Below are positions 1 to 10,239 of a stretch of 64,000 nucleotides of DNA, piece after piece. The stretch's first letter is position 1, and every line of letters starts with the position of its first letter. Origin of the DNA: an uncultured Nitrososphaerales archaeon (GTDB taxonomy: Archaea; Thermoproteota; Nitrososphaeria; Nitrososphaerales; Nitrososphaeraceae); the NCBI GenBank assembly GCA_963695855.1, contig CAVOHZ010000010.1, forward strand, positions 1,152,001-1,216,000, in the 5' to 3' direction. Below the pieces are notes generated by a model. It worked only from the letters and a program-made list of their open reading frames with translations. It did not search any database and had not been told where the DNA came from. Both the position numbers and the translations under genes were made by a program.

Positions 1-30
1 ATATATTATGTTACCGAACCCTGATATAAT

Positions 31-81
31 GAGAGTTCGAAGCCCTCCGAGCCCGTATACTAGTAGGGTTCAATAACATTT
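31..81 (+). repeat. tRNA-3'-end-like dispersed repeat, family A, copy 1
   Basis: GAGAGTTCGAAGCCCTCCGAGCCCG resembles a T-arm plus acceptor strand; 46-81 is identical (36 bp) to 17958-17993. Confidence 0.8.
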
Positions 82-193
82 AACAAATTAATTTTATTTT
101 TCTAAAGATTTGACTTCTATAATTGAGAGTTTAAGAACAAATATTTTCAACTCAAGAAATAACATTATTTCAAACTATTTTTTTAATTCTATT

Positions 194-382
194 TTAAGAT
201 GGAATTAATCCTATTTTCGGATCATTATGAAATGCACAAAAATTAGCATAACTAGGGTATTTTTCATGACATAGTGGACAATATTTTTTAGTTTCAGTTA
301 ATATATTTTCCCAGTCAAATTCTTCGCCACAACAGAGACAATTATTTCTTACAAAGATATTTTCTGAAGCAGCAGTTACCAA
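194..382 (-). CDS. small zinc-ribbon protein or fragment
   Basis: CLCC, CPLC and CAFH motifs; TTG start; short. Confidence 0.4.
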   Translation of the reverse strand: MVTAASENIFVRNNCLCCGEEFDWENILTETKKYCPLCHEKYPSYANFCAFHNDPKIGLIPS

Positions 383-442
383 TCTTGAAAAGCTTCAAGC
401 TCTAGGCTTAGAATTTGATTTAGTATATTCAAGTACTCCAAC

Positions 443-1000
443 CTATTTGGTAGATTCTATCCCCTTTTTGAAAAGGTTATACTGTCTGAGTAATCGCCTA
501 TTCAATCCTATTACTATGCCTCCGCTGATAATTAGAGAAATATTAGTTACTAATATCGCTATCAAAATAATTGGAGTATCATTCACTAGCTGGGCATACT
601 CTTCTACGTGTCTATAGAACGAGGCTGATCCAAGGAATATAATAGAAACAGAAATGCGCAAAACCAGCGAAGTAATGAAGACAATTTGAATATATAATCC
701 ACCTTTTGAATAAATAGAGCCGTCAGATCCTCTCCAAAACGAAATTTTTACATAATGGTATGTAAGAAATTCAGCACCTATAAATATAATTATAAAGACA
801 GGGAGAAATAAGACTGGAATGCCAATAAGGAAAGAGTTTAAAATAAAGTAAGAAACAAATATTGAAAAAACGATGGAAATCGCTATCAATACAGTCCTGT
901 TCACCTTTGATCCCTCATGCGCCTTTCTTATCTTTAATATAGCAACTAAAGCGGTAACTATTATTGGAATCAAAGTAATCAAGTCAAAAGAACTGGACAT
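443..1000 (-). CDS. multi-pass membrane protein (CcdC/DUF1453-like)
   Basis: About 5 hydrophobic segments; FWRGSDGSIYSKG loop. Confidence 0.6.
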   Translation of the reverse strand: MSSSFDLITLIPIIVTALVAILKIRKAHEGSKVNRTVLIAISIVFSIFVSYFILNSFLIGIPVLFLPVFIIIFIGAEFLTYHYVKISFWRGSDGSIYSKGGLYIQIVFITSLVLRISVSIIFLGSASFYRHVEEYAQLVNDTPIILIAILVTNISLIISGGIVIGLNRRLLRQYNLFKKGIESTK

Positions 1001-1309
1001 CTAATGAAAAAAGTGAACTAGAATTATAAAAAGTCTATTTTACAGATATCCATTTGTCAAAATATTGTAATAGGATCTATTAAAATTTTAAGGTTGATAT
1101 GATTCTAGTAAATAAATTAGGATTTAATGAATCGACAAAATTTTTGTTCTAAAAATTTTTTATTTAATTTCTAAAAACTTTCTGTTTGTTCAAATAAATA
1201 GTTCATTATTTCTAAAGAAATAAAAGGTATAGATTTGCTTCATTTCTTAAACTCAAGTTTCTATTTGATATTTTATTTTTATCTGAACTACAAAATTGTG
1301 TCAAAATCA

Positions 1310-1353
1310 GTTCACACACCTCCGAGCCCGTATACTGGCAGGATTCAATAACA
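1310..1353 (+). repeat. tRNA-3'-end-like repeat, family A, copy 2
   Basis: GTTCACACACCTCCGAGCCCGTATACTGGCAGGATTCAATAACA matches copy 1 with a few substitutions. Confidence 0.75.
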
Positions 1354-1451
1354 GTTTCTAGTTTAATTCAAAAATAAATGTGAATATTAGAAAACTTACT
1401 ATTGAAATTTGAAAAAGTAGATATTAAATAATTTGATAAACTAAAGGCAGT

Positions 1452-1682
1452 ATGAATTCAATAGTAATTACATCTTTTATTGCATTTGCTATAATTTCCG
1501 TAATGCTAACAGTATTTGAAAATGTGTTTGGACAAGGAGAGGAGGCAGAGCAAAGACAGGATCAATCACCACCAACATTAGATGATAATAACAATGGAAG
1601 AATTATTAGTGAAGAAATTTGTCCGCCATATTGCAGCCCACCTCCTCCGATACAAGAGTTACCACAAGAGCAACCACCATAA
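1452..1682 (+). CDS. small secreted Pro/Gln-rich protein
   Basis: N-terminal hydrophobic signal; CPPYCSPPPP. Confidence 0.6.
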   Translation: MNSIVITSFIAFAIISVMLTVFENVFGQGEEAEQRQDQSPPTLDDNNNGRIISEEICPPYCSPPPPIQELPQEQPP

Positions 1683-1994
1683 TTTTATTTGCACTTTCCG
1701 TATGTTATAATTTCAAGTATCTCTCTTGTTTGTAATAGATTCTAATATTAGAAATAGTAAAATATATTTTATTTCATTTCATTTACGTTTTTAAAATTAG
1801 ATAAATTTTATAATTATATTAGATATTATATTTTTAGCATTAAATATTGACTTTAATTTTCTGATTGAAAGATATGATGAATATAATAAATAAATACATA
1901 AAATTATAATAACATTATTGACATTTCATCCATCTCAATGATATATTATTTTATTTAATAAAGATACAATAATCAGAATGTCTCTTAAATTGAT

Positions 1995-3209
1995 ATGTAT
2001 AAGAATTTTGAAAATAATAATAAACAATTTAAATCAAAATTAGTTGAACATCTAAATGAAACATTATTTATTGAAAATGAATCAATAGGTAGAATAAAAT
2101 CAAGAATAGAACAGACACCGATTCTAGAAGTAAAACAAAGACTACTTCAACATTTAGAAGAAACATATAAGCAAAAAAACAGACTAGAGCAAATAATTGT
2201 AAAATTATCATCAGAAAAATCTAATAAACATAAAGCAAATTTGTTACCATTAACACCTGATTCTTCTAGTATAATAAGAACGAATCTTAAAAATTCAATA
2301 AAATCATTACCAAGTAATGATGAAGGTTTCAATCAAAGATTTAAATCTCTTCCAGAAGAAACTGAATTAACAAGAATTAAGGAAGACTATATAATAGAAT
2401 ATGATGAGGTAGTTACCTATCATAAATTGATACATATTGCAGAAATGACAGATTTACCACAACCCAATGATATTATATCTTTACTAAAAGAAAGTATGCA
2501 GGAAGAAGAATCAATGGCAAACTGGTATCAAGTACATGTGTCAGTGATACTTGAAAACCTATGGCCAAAGCTGATAAATTCTCCCATAAAGCGAGCTCAA
2601 GAATTTCTTCTCAATTATGCGGGTTCTAAAATGCCACTTATTATAATGTATGCGGATCTGGTTGGATCGACTAATTTGAGTATGACTTTATCCGTAGAAA
2701 TTCTTATTGCATTAATAAGAGCATTTACTCATGAACTATCAAATGTTGTAGAAAGATATAATGGTTATGTTCTAAAATATGTAGGAGATGCAGTAATTTC
2801 TTTTTTTCCTTATGCCATAGACAACAAATATCAGGTATGCAAGAATTCAATTGAGTGTGCAAAGTCAATTATAGATGTAATCAATACAGAGATTAATGTA
2901 ATTTTACATAAAAAATATGGTTATCCAGAATTATTTGTAAAAATAGGTATAGATGAAGGAGAAAATGTTGTAATTCAATATGGATATGAAAGAAACTCAC
3001 TAATTGATATATTAGGATACAGTATGAATGTTGCAGCAAAGATAACTTCTCTAACCACTGCGAATAGTATATCCATCGGGGAAAATGTGTATCATTTATT
3101 GGATCATATCCAACAATCAGAATTTCAAGAGTTGAAAATATCTATCAACAATTGGAAATATATCAATCGTGATACGAAAGAACCTTATAGAATTTACAAG
3201 ATAAAGTAA
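1995..3209 (+). CDS. ferritin-like (DUF892/YciF-type) domain fused to class III adenylate/guanylate cyclase
   Basis: N-term HLEET, EYDEVVTY, EEESMANW; C-term YADLVGST, KYVGDAV, KIGIDEG, ILGYSMNVAAK. Confidence 0.85.
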   Translation: MYKNFENNNKQFKSKLVEHLNETLFIENESIGRIKSRIEQTPILEVKQRLLQHLEETYKQKNRLEQIIVKLSSEKSNKHKANLLPLTPDSSSIIRTNLKNSIKSLPSNDEGFNQRFKSLPEETELTRIKEDYIIEYDEVVTYHKLIHIAEMTDLPQPNDIISLLKESMQEEESMANWYQVHVSVILENLWPKLINSPIKRAQEFLLNYAGSKMPLIIMYADLVGSTNLSMTLSVEILIALIRAFTHELSNVVERYNGYVLKYVGDAVISFFPYAIDNKYQVCKNSIECAKSIIDVINTEINVILHKKYGYPELFVKIGIDEGENVVIQYGYERNSLIDILGYSMNVAAKITSLTTANSISIGENVYHLLDHIQQSEFQELKISINNWKYINRDTKEPYRIYKIK

Positions 3210-3429
3210 ATTTTTATCTGATTTAATGTCTGTTCTTTTCCAAGCATTTCAATTTTATACTCATAGCACTCTTTTATTACAGCATTGCCGTATAGTAGAA
3301 ATTAGAATTTTTATATTGAACTCTAAAGAATGGTGTTATAGAACATAATATTATATGAATAAGAATTTGCATTCTAATATTTTAATAAAAATAAAACTTA
3401 TATAAAAATATAACATACCTTATACCTTA

Positions 3430-4379
3430 TGTATTATCCCACCACATGTGTTACACTCCTATTATACACTTGTACTGGTGTCATGTAGTTCAATGACATA
3501 TGTACTCTTTTATTATTGTAATATTTAATGAATTGCTCATGTCTTTTGAATCTAGGTCGCTCTACATCATATGTACGATGCCATCTTTCTATTTTACCAA
3601 GTGTGGTAGGTTTTCCTATACCACCCATAACATGTTGTATGTCATATTCTTTGCAGAAAGAATCAAAATCTGACTGTAATTTAGAATGTGAATTATAGAA
3701 TTGTGAACCATGGTCTGTCAGTATCTGTAATGGTTTTCCATATTTTCTGATTGTACGCTTCAATAGATAAATAATCTTATCTGATGTACCTTCTACACAT
3801 TTGATAGATGATAACACATATCTGGTGTGATCATCAAAAATAGATATCAGCCAAATTCCTTCATTTTCTATAACTTTCAGGTCAATCTGCCACAATTCAT
3901 TTGGAAATTTACGCTCAAATTGTATGTATTTTCTCTTCTTTCTGGGTTTGTTGATAGGATTGTTGTTCAATCCGCTTTTGCATAAAATTCTGTATACTGT
4001 CATATGTCCTACCTTTATGTTGTATTGGTTCGCAAGAGTTCCTTGTATCTTGTGTGGACAGTAATGGTATTTCTTTCTTAACTGTACTACCTTCTGTTCT
4101 ATCTTTTTATCTGTTCTATGAATTGTATGTGGGTCTTTTAGAATGATCTTTTAGTCCATTTAATCCCTCTTTCTTGTACCTGTTCCAGTATCTGTAGAAA
4201 CTCATTCTGGATATGTGTATATGTTTACAGATGTCAGTTACTTTCCATCCTCCTTCCAGTTTACGTCTTATACACCATCTTCTTATCTTTTCTAGATCTT
4301 GTTTATACTGCATCTAGTGTAACAACACTCCTTACTCTTACCAAGTAAAAGAGTGTAACAGATGTCATGGGATAATACA
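3430..4379 (-). mobile_element. IS481-family insertion sequence, 950 bp
   Basis: 29-bp TIRs starting TGT (TGTATTATCCCAccACATgTGTTACACTC, 3 mismatches); 16-bp flanking direct repeat CATACCTTATACCTTA at 3414-3429 and 4380-4395. Confidence 0.92.
3434..4313 (-). pseudogene. IS481 transposase (HTH + rve DDE), one frameshift near 4130
   Basis: ORFs 4116-4313 and 3434-4003 join as KRPHTIHRTDKKIEQKVV...MTVYRIL if one C is removed; WQIDLK, DDHTR, TDHGSQF, GKIERWH. Confidence 0.88.
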
Positions 4380-4392
4380 CATACCTTATACC

Positions 4393-4790
4393 TTAAAGAA
4401 ACTTTTTATATCACTAAGTTTAATATTACCAATAGTTGTAACAATTGTTTTATTAGTTCCACAACTAGTAATAAATTCGCAATCTACAGGTGTAAATGAA
4501 AGGTTAACTAACTCTCAACCTATAGAACCAATAAATTTGTCGTCTATACTAAAATTTGAAAAAGTTAAAACTATTCCTAATGAAATTCATGTTGGAGAGA
4601 AGTTTAGTATAAGTGCAACTGTTGTTAATACAGGGTCTTATCTGTCACTTTTATAGCAAATCTTTGTGATTCTGAACTTTATGCAACGTTTGATAATAAA
4701 GTTGGAGAATTAAATGCTCCAGAATGTAAGATGGTTTCAGAACCCGTTATATTCAATACAGGAGAGAAATCGATAGTGATGATATAAATA
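4393..4790 (+). pseudogene. decayed secreted protein (signal peptide plus Ig-like strand)
   Basis: Reads LKKLFISLSLILPIVVTIVLLV...VGEKFSISATVVNTG then frameshifts; no ATG; starts at the IS481 junction. Confidence 0.5.
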
Positions 4791-4956
4791 TAGTAGTAAG
4801 TTAAAACTTATATACTCATTTTGATATTATCTAGTGTAACATCAATTAAATGTCTTACCATATATATACATATTATAGCAGTAGTTATAGAAAAATGACT
4901 TGATTAGTCCTAAAATACTACCACAGTTAAATATTTGACTGCTGTTATTTTTTGTA

Positions 4957-5625
4957 ATGAATTCAAAAAATTCATTCAAATATGAAAGACTTTCTCCAGA
5001 TAATGCAGCATTATTACTAATAGATCATCAAACAGGTCTTTTACCTTTGGTTAGGGATTCGTCTGATGTAGAATTAAAAAATAATGTGTTGGCTCTAGGA
5101 AAAATAGCAAAAATATTTAATTTACCAGTAGTCATAACATCAAGTTATGAGCAGGGGCCTAACGGACCACTAGCACATGGAGTAACTGAACTCTTTCCAG
5201 ATGTTAAAGTAATAAAAAGACAAGGCGAGATAAATGCATGGGATGACCCAAATTTTGTAAAAGCAGTAGAAGATACAGGACGCAAGAAACTTATCATGGC
5301 TGGAATTGTTACTGATGTTTGTATTGCATTTCCAGCATTATCTGCAATAGAAGCTGGTTATGATGTAATAGTTGCAATAGATGCTTCTGGTACCTTTAAT
5401 CAGACTGTACAGCAAGCAGCAGTTTTACGCATGAGTCAAGCAGGAGCTACAATCATGAATTGGTTCTCTATATGTTGTGAACTTCAAGGCGATTGGAAAA
5501 AATCTACTTCTCCAGACATGGTACGGTTATTTACTGAACATCTTATACAATATGGTCTTATTGTTAGCAGTTATGTTGCTAATAGGCCAGATCAAACTAT
5601 GATACCAAAAGATTTCAAAGCATAA
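4957..5625 (+). CDS. YcaC-like isochorismatase-family hydrolase
   Basis: LLIDHQTGL, GPNGP, INAWD, GIVTDVC. Confidence 0.9.
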   Translation: MNSKNSFKYERLSPDNAALLLIDHQTGLLPLVRDSSDVELKNNVLALGKIAKIFNLPVVITSSYEQGPNGPLAHGVTELFPDVKVIKRQGEINAWDDPNFVKAVEDTGRKKLIMAGIVTDVCIAFPALSAIEAGYDVIVAIDASGTFNQTVQQAAVLRMSQAGATIMNWFSICCELQGDWKKSTSPDMVRLFTEHLIQYGLIVSSYVANRPDQTMIPKDFKA

Positions 5626-5816
5626 TAACAAATAAATAACTTTATTTTTTATTTTTTCAGTTCCCATTTCTCATACCACATATCAAGACTTTGCAAAATT
5701 GGGTCAAGGTCTTTTGTTTTTGTTGTTAATCTATATAGAACTTTATATCGTCAAATAAGTTTTCACTTAACTCAATTTGAAAACAATTATTGAAAAATTA
5801 GTGGTCCTAGATTATG

Positions 5817-5966
5817 GAAGGGCTCAAATCCTACTTATTCCATTTTTCATTTTTTATAGCCTATTAGAAATTGTTTAATAAATATTCAAATAAGTTACCA
5901 AATTAATAAATAAATACCAGTTTACCGATCCCAATTATATGTCATGCTCGAAGCCCTACGAGCCCG
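5817..5966 (+). repeat. composite repeat (family B T-arm motif + spacer + family A motif), homologous to 17827-17993
   Basis: GAAGGGCTCAAATCC...GAAATTGTT...TAAGTTACCAAA...CAGTTTACCGATCCCAATTA...CTCGAAGCCCTACGAGCCCG is colinear with the 17.8-kb copy. Confidence 0.75.
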
Positions 5967-6017
5967 ATTTGATAACCTCATTAAATTTTCACCCAACTAA
6001 TATATTATATTTATTAA

Positions 6018-6192
6018 TGGTGGCGTTGCGCACGAGGCGCTTGATGTAAGCAACCGAATCCCGCTTATATGACGATAGGCGCTGTGCAATCTCCATCGCG
6101 CGATCGAGAGCATTGCCGCTGACGGTTTCATGCACCAGCCCCTTCCTTTCGGCTTCACGTGGAGTGAGGGGAACACACATATTCGAACTAGC
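6018..6192 (-). pseudogene. GC-rich fragment of an enoyl-CoA hydratase/crotonase C-terminus
   Basis: PLTPREAERKGLVHETV...LDRAMEIAQRL...VAYIKRLV; about 57% GC over 6021-6180. Confidence 0.75.
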
Positions 6193-6207
6193 AAAACTCA
6201 TTACTTT

Positions 6208-6750
6208 TTATTTTTTCCAAGGATAATATGCAAGGAAGTAAAAAGCAGGGCATAGAGAAAGTCCAATTACCTTTTCTGGTTTTATTTTTAAAATAACACG
6301 CTTGTGCTGTGGTTTTCTATAATAGTATTTTCCAATTCCTAAATATTTCTTTGCTAGTTTATGTAAATGTTCATCAGCATTATCATAAGTTTGTTCTATG
6401 ACTATGCCTTTTATAGATACCATGTTATACGGATTATATTGTTCAACTACAGATAATGTAACCCTGGGATTTCTTGATACATTTCTTTTTTTGACTGCAG
6501 CATCGGAGGTGTTTACTAATATAATATCATTTTCTTCATCTATATCTGCCCATACAGGAGTAATATGAGGAAATCCATCAGCAGACAATGTAGATATAAA
6601 AGCAAGATTTCTTCCTTTAAAAAGACTATTAAATTGTTCCTTTGAAAGTTCTGTTGAGCCTAATGATTCATTTACTATAAAAAGACCTTCGGTTTCGATC
6701 GGGGGAATATCCACAATATCGATATAGGATTTATTGTCTTCTTTCTCCAT
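6208..6750 (-). CDS. PPOX-class F420-dependent oxidoreductase
   Basis: STLSADGFPHITPVW, KKRNVSRNPRV, RVILKIKP. Confidence 0.88.
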   Translation of the reverse strand: MEKEDNKSYIDIVDIPPIETEGLFIVNESLGSTELSKEQFNSLFKGRNLAFISTLSADGFPHITPVWADIDEENDIILVNTSDAAVKKRNVSRNPRVTLSVVEQYNPYNMVSIKGIVIEQTYDNADEHLHKLAKKYLGIGKYYYRKPQHKRVILKIKPEKVIGLSLCPAFYFLAYYPWKK

Positions 6751-6870
6751 TTTATTATAATTATAATGTCACGTATTAATTTTTATTGATAAGTTGATGG
6801 TTAAAACACAGTTACTATATTACCTAATTGTAACTATCTGATTTATTTAATTCTATTATATAATATAAAC

Positions 6871-7968
6871 ATGGAAAACAAATTAGAAACTCCAGATATG
6901 AAGTACAAATTATTAGGAAAAAGTGGATTACGAGTTTCTGAACTCTGTTTAGGAACAATGACATTTGGAAAAGATTGGGGATCCTTTTTGAAGGGTGCAT
7001 CAAAGGAAGAATCAAAAAAAATATTTGATTTGTTTGTGCATGCAGGGGGAAATTTTATTGATACTGCTAATGTATATCACAATGGGACTAGTGAAAAATA
7101 TGTAGGAGAATTTATAGCACCTGAACGAGATAAATTTGTTCTAGCTACCAAATATACTTTGACTACAAATCCTAATGACCCTAATGCTGGTGGAAATCAT
7201 CGTAAAAATCTATTTCAATCGGTAAATGCCAGTCTAAAGAGATTAAACACTGAATATATAGATCTTCTCTGGGTACATATCTGGGATTTTATGACTCCTA
7301 TTGAGGAGGTTATGCGTTCTTTAGATGATATGGTAAGGTCTGGAAAAGTACTCTATATAGGAATTTCTGATGCACCAGCATGGATTGTATCCCGTGCTAA
7401 CACACTTTCAGAACTCCGAGGCTGGTCGTCTTTTATAGGTCTTCAGATAATGTACTCATTGATTGAACGAACACCGGAAAGAGAATTGTTACCTATGGCA
7501 CGTTCGCTTGATATTGGAGTAACGGCATGGTCGCCTCTTGGAATGGGCGTTCTTTCCGGTAAATATAGCAAAGAAGATAACAAAAATAAAGAACCAAAGA
7601 GATTTGATCCAAATCATCCAATGGCTTCAACATTTGTAAATGAGCGAAATATATCAATTGCTAAAGAAGTACAGACAATAGCTAATGAAATTGAGAAAAC
7701 TCCTTCACAAGTTGCTCTAAATTGGATAATAAACCAAAAGCAGAAAGGAGTAATTATACCCATATTAGGAGCTAGAACTCAAGCCCAAATAATAGATAAT
7801 TTGGGCTGCTTAGAATTCAAATTAGATTCTGAACATATGAAAAGATTAAATGAAATATGCAAAATTGAGCTAGGATTTCCTTATGATTTCATATCCTCTG
7901 ATGTAGTAAGAAATCAGATTTATGGCAATCTATATTCATCAATAGAATATCATAGACTGGATTATTGA
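6871..7968 (+). CDS. aldo/keto reductase
   Basis: GLRVSELCLGTMTFG, FIDTANVY, LATKY, IDLLWVH, AWSPLG. Confidence 0.95.
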   Translation: MENKLETPDMKYKLLGKSGLRVSELCLGTMTFGKDWGSFLKGASKEESKKIFDLFVHAGGNFIDTANVYHNGTSEKYVGEFIAPERDKFVLATKYTLTTNPNDPNAGGNHRKNLFQSVNASLKRLNTEYIDLLWVHIWDFMTPIEEVMRSLDDMVRSGKVLYIGISDAPAWIVSRANTLSELRGWSSFIGLQIMYSLIERTPERELLPMARSLDIGVTAWSPLGMGVLSGKYSKEDNKNKEPKRFDPNHPMASTFVNERNISIAKEVQTIANEIEKTPSQVALNWIINQKQKGVIIPILGARTQAQIIDNLGCLEFKLDSEHMKRLNEICKIELGFPYDFISSDVVRNQIYGNLYSSIEYHRLDY

Positions 7969-8055
7969 GAGATAATTTTCAATAGCCATTACATATTTCA
8001 ACAATGTGTTCCAATAATTTACCTATTTGTATTTACTGATAATTCTATAGTGTTT

Positions 8056-8718
8056 TTAGACCCTAGAACAAATGTCAATGAATTCTTTCGTAGATAATAA
8101 CGAGTGTCCATAACTAGGAAAATTAACTTCTACAGTTGCATTTATTTCTTCCCAGTTGTATGCTGCTATAGCATCCTTGATCAAAGTTGTATGATAACCT
8201 AGTTCAACTGCATATCTGGCTGTTGTATCAATACAAGTATTAGCCCGCATACCTATTATAATCACATGATCCACATTGTGAAGTTTTAACAAAAAATCAA
8301 GGTTTGTATTTGCAAATCCACTAGCAGTCCAATGGTTTTGAGCAATGAGATCTCCTTGTTTAGGCGCAAGTTCAGGATGGAATTCTCCACCCCAACTTCC
8401 TTTTTCAAAGAGGGAATACTTTAAAGATCCCTTATGTGCAGGTGCCAAGAATTTCCAATCTTCAAAATCTCCTATTTCGTAATTATGATGAGGGACATAT
8501 ACAACTTTAATACCTGAAGATCTTGCTGCAGATAAAATTTTTTTCAGGTTTTCTATCAGGTTAATACCCATAACAGTTTCTTTCGTTTTATGCCATCGTT
8601 TACCATCTTCAGATAAAAAATCGTTAAATGGATCAACTATCATAACAGCAGTATTAGTTGAAGTATAATTTTCCATAATGATGTATATTATATTTTTCAT
8701 AATTAAACATAAGCCCAT
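8056..8718 (-). CDS. cysteine hydrolase (isochorismatase family)
   Basis: VDPFNDF, SGFANTNLD, GMRANTC; true start probably a downstream Met. Confidence 0.9.
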   Translation of the reverse strand: MGLCLIMKNIIYIIMENYTSTNTAVMIVDPFNDFLSEDGKRWHKTKETVMGINLIENLKKILSAARSSGIKVVYVPHHNYEIGDFEDWKFLAPAHKGSLKYSLFEKGSWGGEFHPELAPKQGDLIAQNHWTASGFANTNLDFLLKLHNVDHVIIIGMRANTCIDTTARYAVELGYHTTLIKDAIAAYNWEEINATVEVNFPSYGHSLLSTKEFIDICSRV

Positions 8719-8737
8719 AATTGCTATAGATGAAAGT

Positions 8738-8780
8738 CACTGGTCCCACTTTATAGAAGGGTTCAAATCCCATCGGTTCC
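8738..8780 (+). repeat. tandem tRNA-T-arm-like repeat, family B
   Basis: CACTGGTCCCA followed by GAAGGGTTCAAATCCCATCGGTTCC. Confidence 0.65.
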
Positions 8781-8937
8781 TTTTTTTTAATTGAAATTCA
8801 CATTACTTTGGTTTTTTTTCTATATTTTTAATTAAAAATATCATTTATATTAATAAATAAGATTTAGCAAAATTTCTTTTATGATATTTTTATCAAATCC
8901 AATTCTATATATTGTATAATAAAACTTTAATAATTCA

Positions 8938-8989
8938 ACTGGCCCCTTATAATATATGGGGCCAGTGGGATGAGAAACAAATTTGACCT
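8938..8989. repeat. att-like site: ACTGGCCCC/GGGGCCAGT hairpin; 8956-8989 is an inverted copy of 13051-13084
   Basis: 31/34 identity to the reverse complement of 13051-13084. Confidence 0.8.
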
Positions 8990-9189
8990 ATTTGTTGGTT
9001 CCCTCTTGAATTAAAGTTTATAATTATAATGTATGAATTGCGAATTTATTTTCTTTATATTAAATTAAGATTTATCCAAAACACTTTCGAATAGGATTAT
9101 CAATATATTAACAAACTTCACGATAAAAATATATTTTTATATTATAATCTTTTCTGACTTGTTTGGACCATTAATAGTAACAAATGAGA

Positions 9190-9254
9190 AAAGAGGGACT
9201 TGATCATCTACACATAAATGGACTAGCTATATCTCTCGTTAAGTTAACAGCACC
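9190..9254 (+). mobile_element. isolated IS6-type end
   Basis: TTAAGTTAACAGCACC nearly identical to the TIR at 44738-44753. Confidence 0.55.
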
Positions 9255-9511
9255 GCTAAATTTGTATCAATTTGTATTTGACTCAAATACATTGTTGTTT
9301 ATATTTTTGTTCATATACAACAGTATTATAAAGGATAAAATGTAGCCAATATCGGGGCAATTATCAATATATATAATTTTGAATTCTCAGAATTCATTAT
9401 TATTTTTTCTAATAATTATTAGAGTATATTTAAAAATTATTCAATAATAACATCTTCTAAAATAACTTAATAAAATAACTTTAATTAAATACTAAGATCA
9501 AATATCTATTA

Positions 9512-9672
9512 TTGAAATATGATTGGGATGCAACAGCATATGATCATATTTCAGATATACAAGAATCATGGGGACATTATATAATCAAATATATAAAATG
9601 CAAGGGAAATGAAATTGTTCTTGATGCTGGTTGTGGTTCTGCAAGATTAACCAAGATTTTATCAATTAAATG
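9512..9672 (+). pseudogene. N-terminal fragment of a Tam-like SAM methyltransferase
   Basis: YDWDATAYDHISDIQESWG...VLDAGCGSARLT then stop. Confidence 0.75.
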
Positions 9673-9723
9673 ACTATATCAAATACGTATAAATTAATAA
9701 TATATGATTATGGGATACAATAT

Positions 9724-10194
9724 TTATAGTAAATGATTCTTTTTTACAATCTTTACAAATTCTTCTAACTTTTTCAAAGTTTGCTGATGTAAATGGTGTT
9801 CTATACCCTCTGCATCTTTATTTGCAATATCTTCGTCTACTCCAATCATTTTTAAAAATTCAGCCAACAAACTATGTCTCTGATGAATATTAATGGCCAC
9901 ATCAATCCCCTGCTGGGTTAGACAAATTCCCCTATATTTTTCATATTTGAGATAGCCAGTTTCATCCAATCGCTTTACCATTTTAGTTACACTTGGAGAA
10001 CTCACATTAAGGCATTGAGAAATATCTATGGTTGTAGCATAACCTTTCTGCTGTACCAATTCATAAATAACTTCAAGATAATCTTCCATTCTATCTGTAC
10101 GGTCTTCGTTTTCCTTCTTTCCGGTATGAGCATCACGAATCGATTCAAGACGATTGATACCTGCATCAGAGTCAGCTTTCAACTTTCTTAGCAA
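9724..10194 (-). CDS. mntR: DtxR/MntR-family metal-dependent regulator
   Basis: MEDYLEVIYEL, VSSPSVTKMVKRL, RHSLLAEFL, AEGIEHH. Confidence 0.92.
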   Translation of the reverse strand: MLRKLKADSDAGINRLESIRDAHTGKKENEDRTDRMEDYLEVIYELVQQKGYATTIDISQCLNVSSPSVTKMVKRLDETGYLKYEKYRGICLTQQGIDVAINIHQRHSLLAEFLKMIGVDEDIANKDAEGIEHHLHQQTLKKLEEFVKIVKKNHLL

Positions 10195-10239
10195 TTTTTA
10201 TTTACCATCCTTATGTATATTTTAGTTACTAACAATTAG

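Noticed and set aside
31-55. Complete tRNA genes at the T-arm-like motifs (also 8756, 13065, 17948)
   Set aside because: No D-arm, anticodon arm or complementary 5' acceptor strand upstream; only 3' fragments are present
4116-4140. Programmed frameshift in the IS481 transposase
   Set aside because: No slippery heptamer at the junction; IS481 normally has a single ORF, so mutation or sequencing error is more likely
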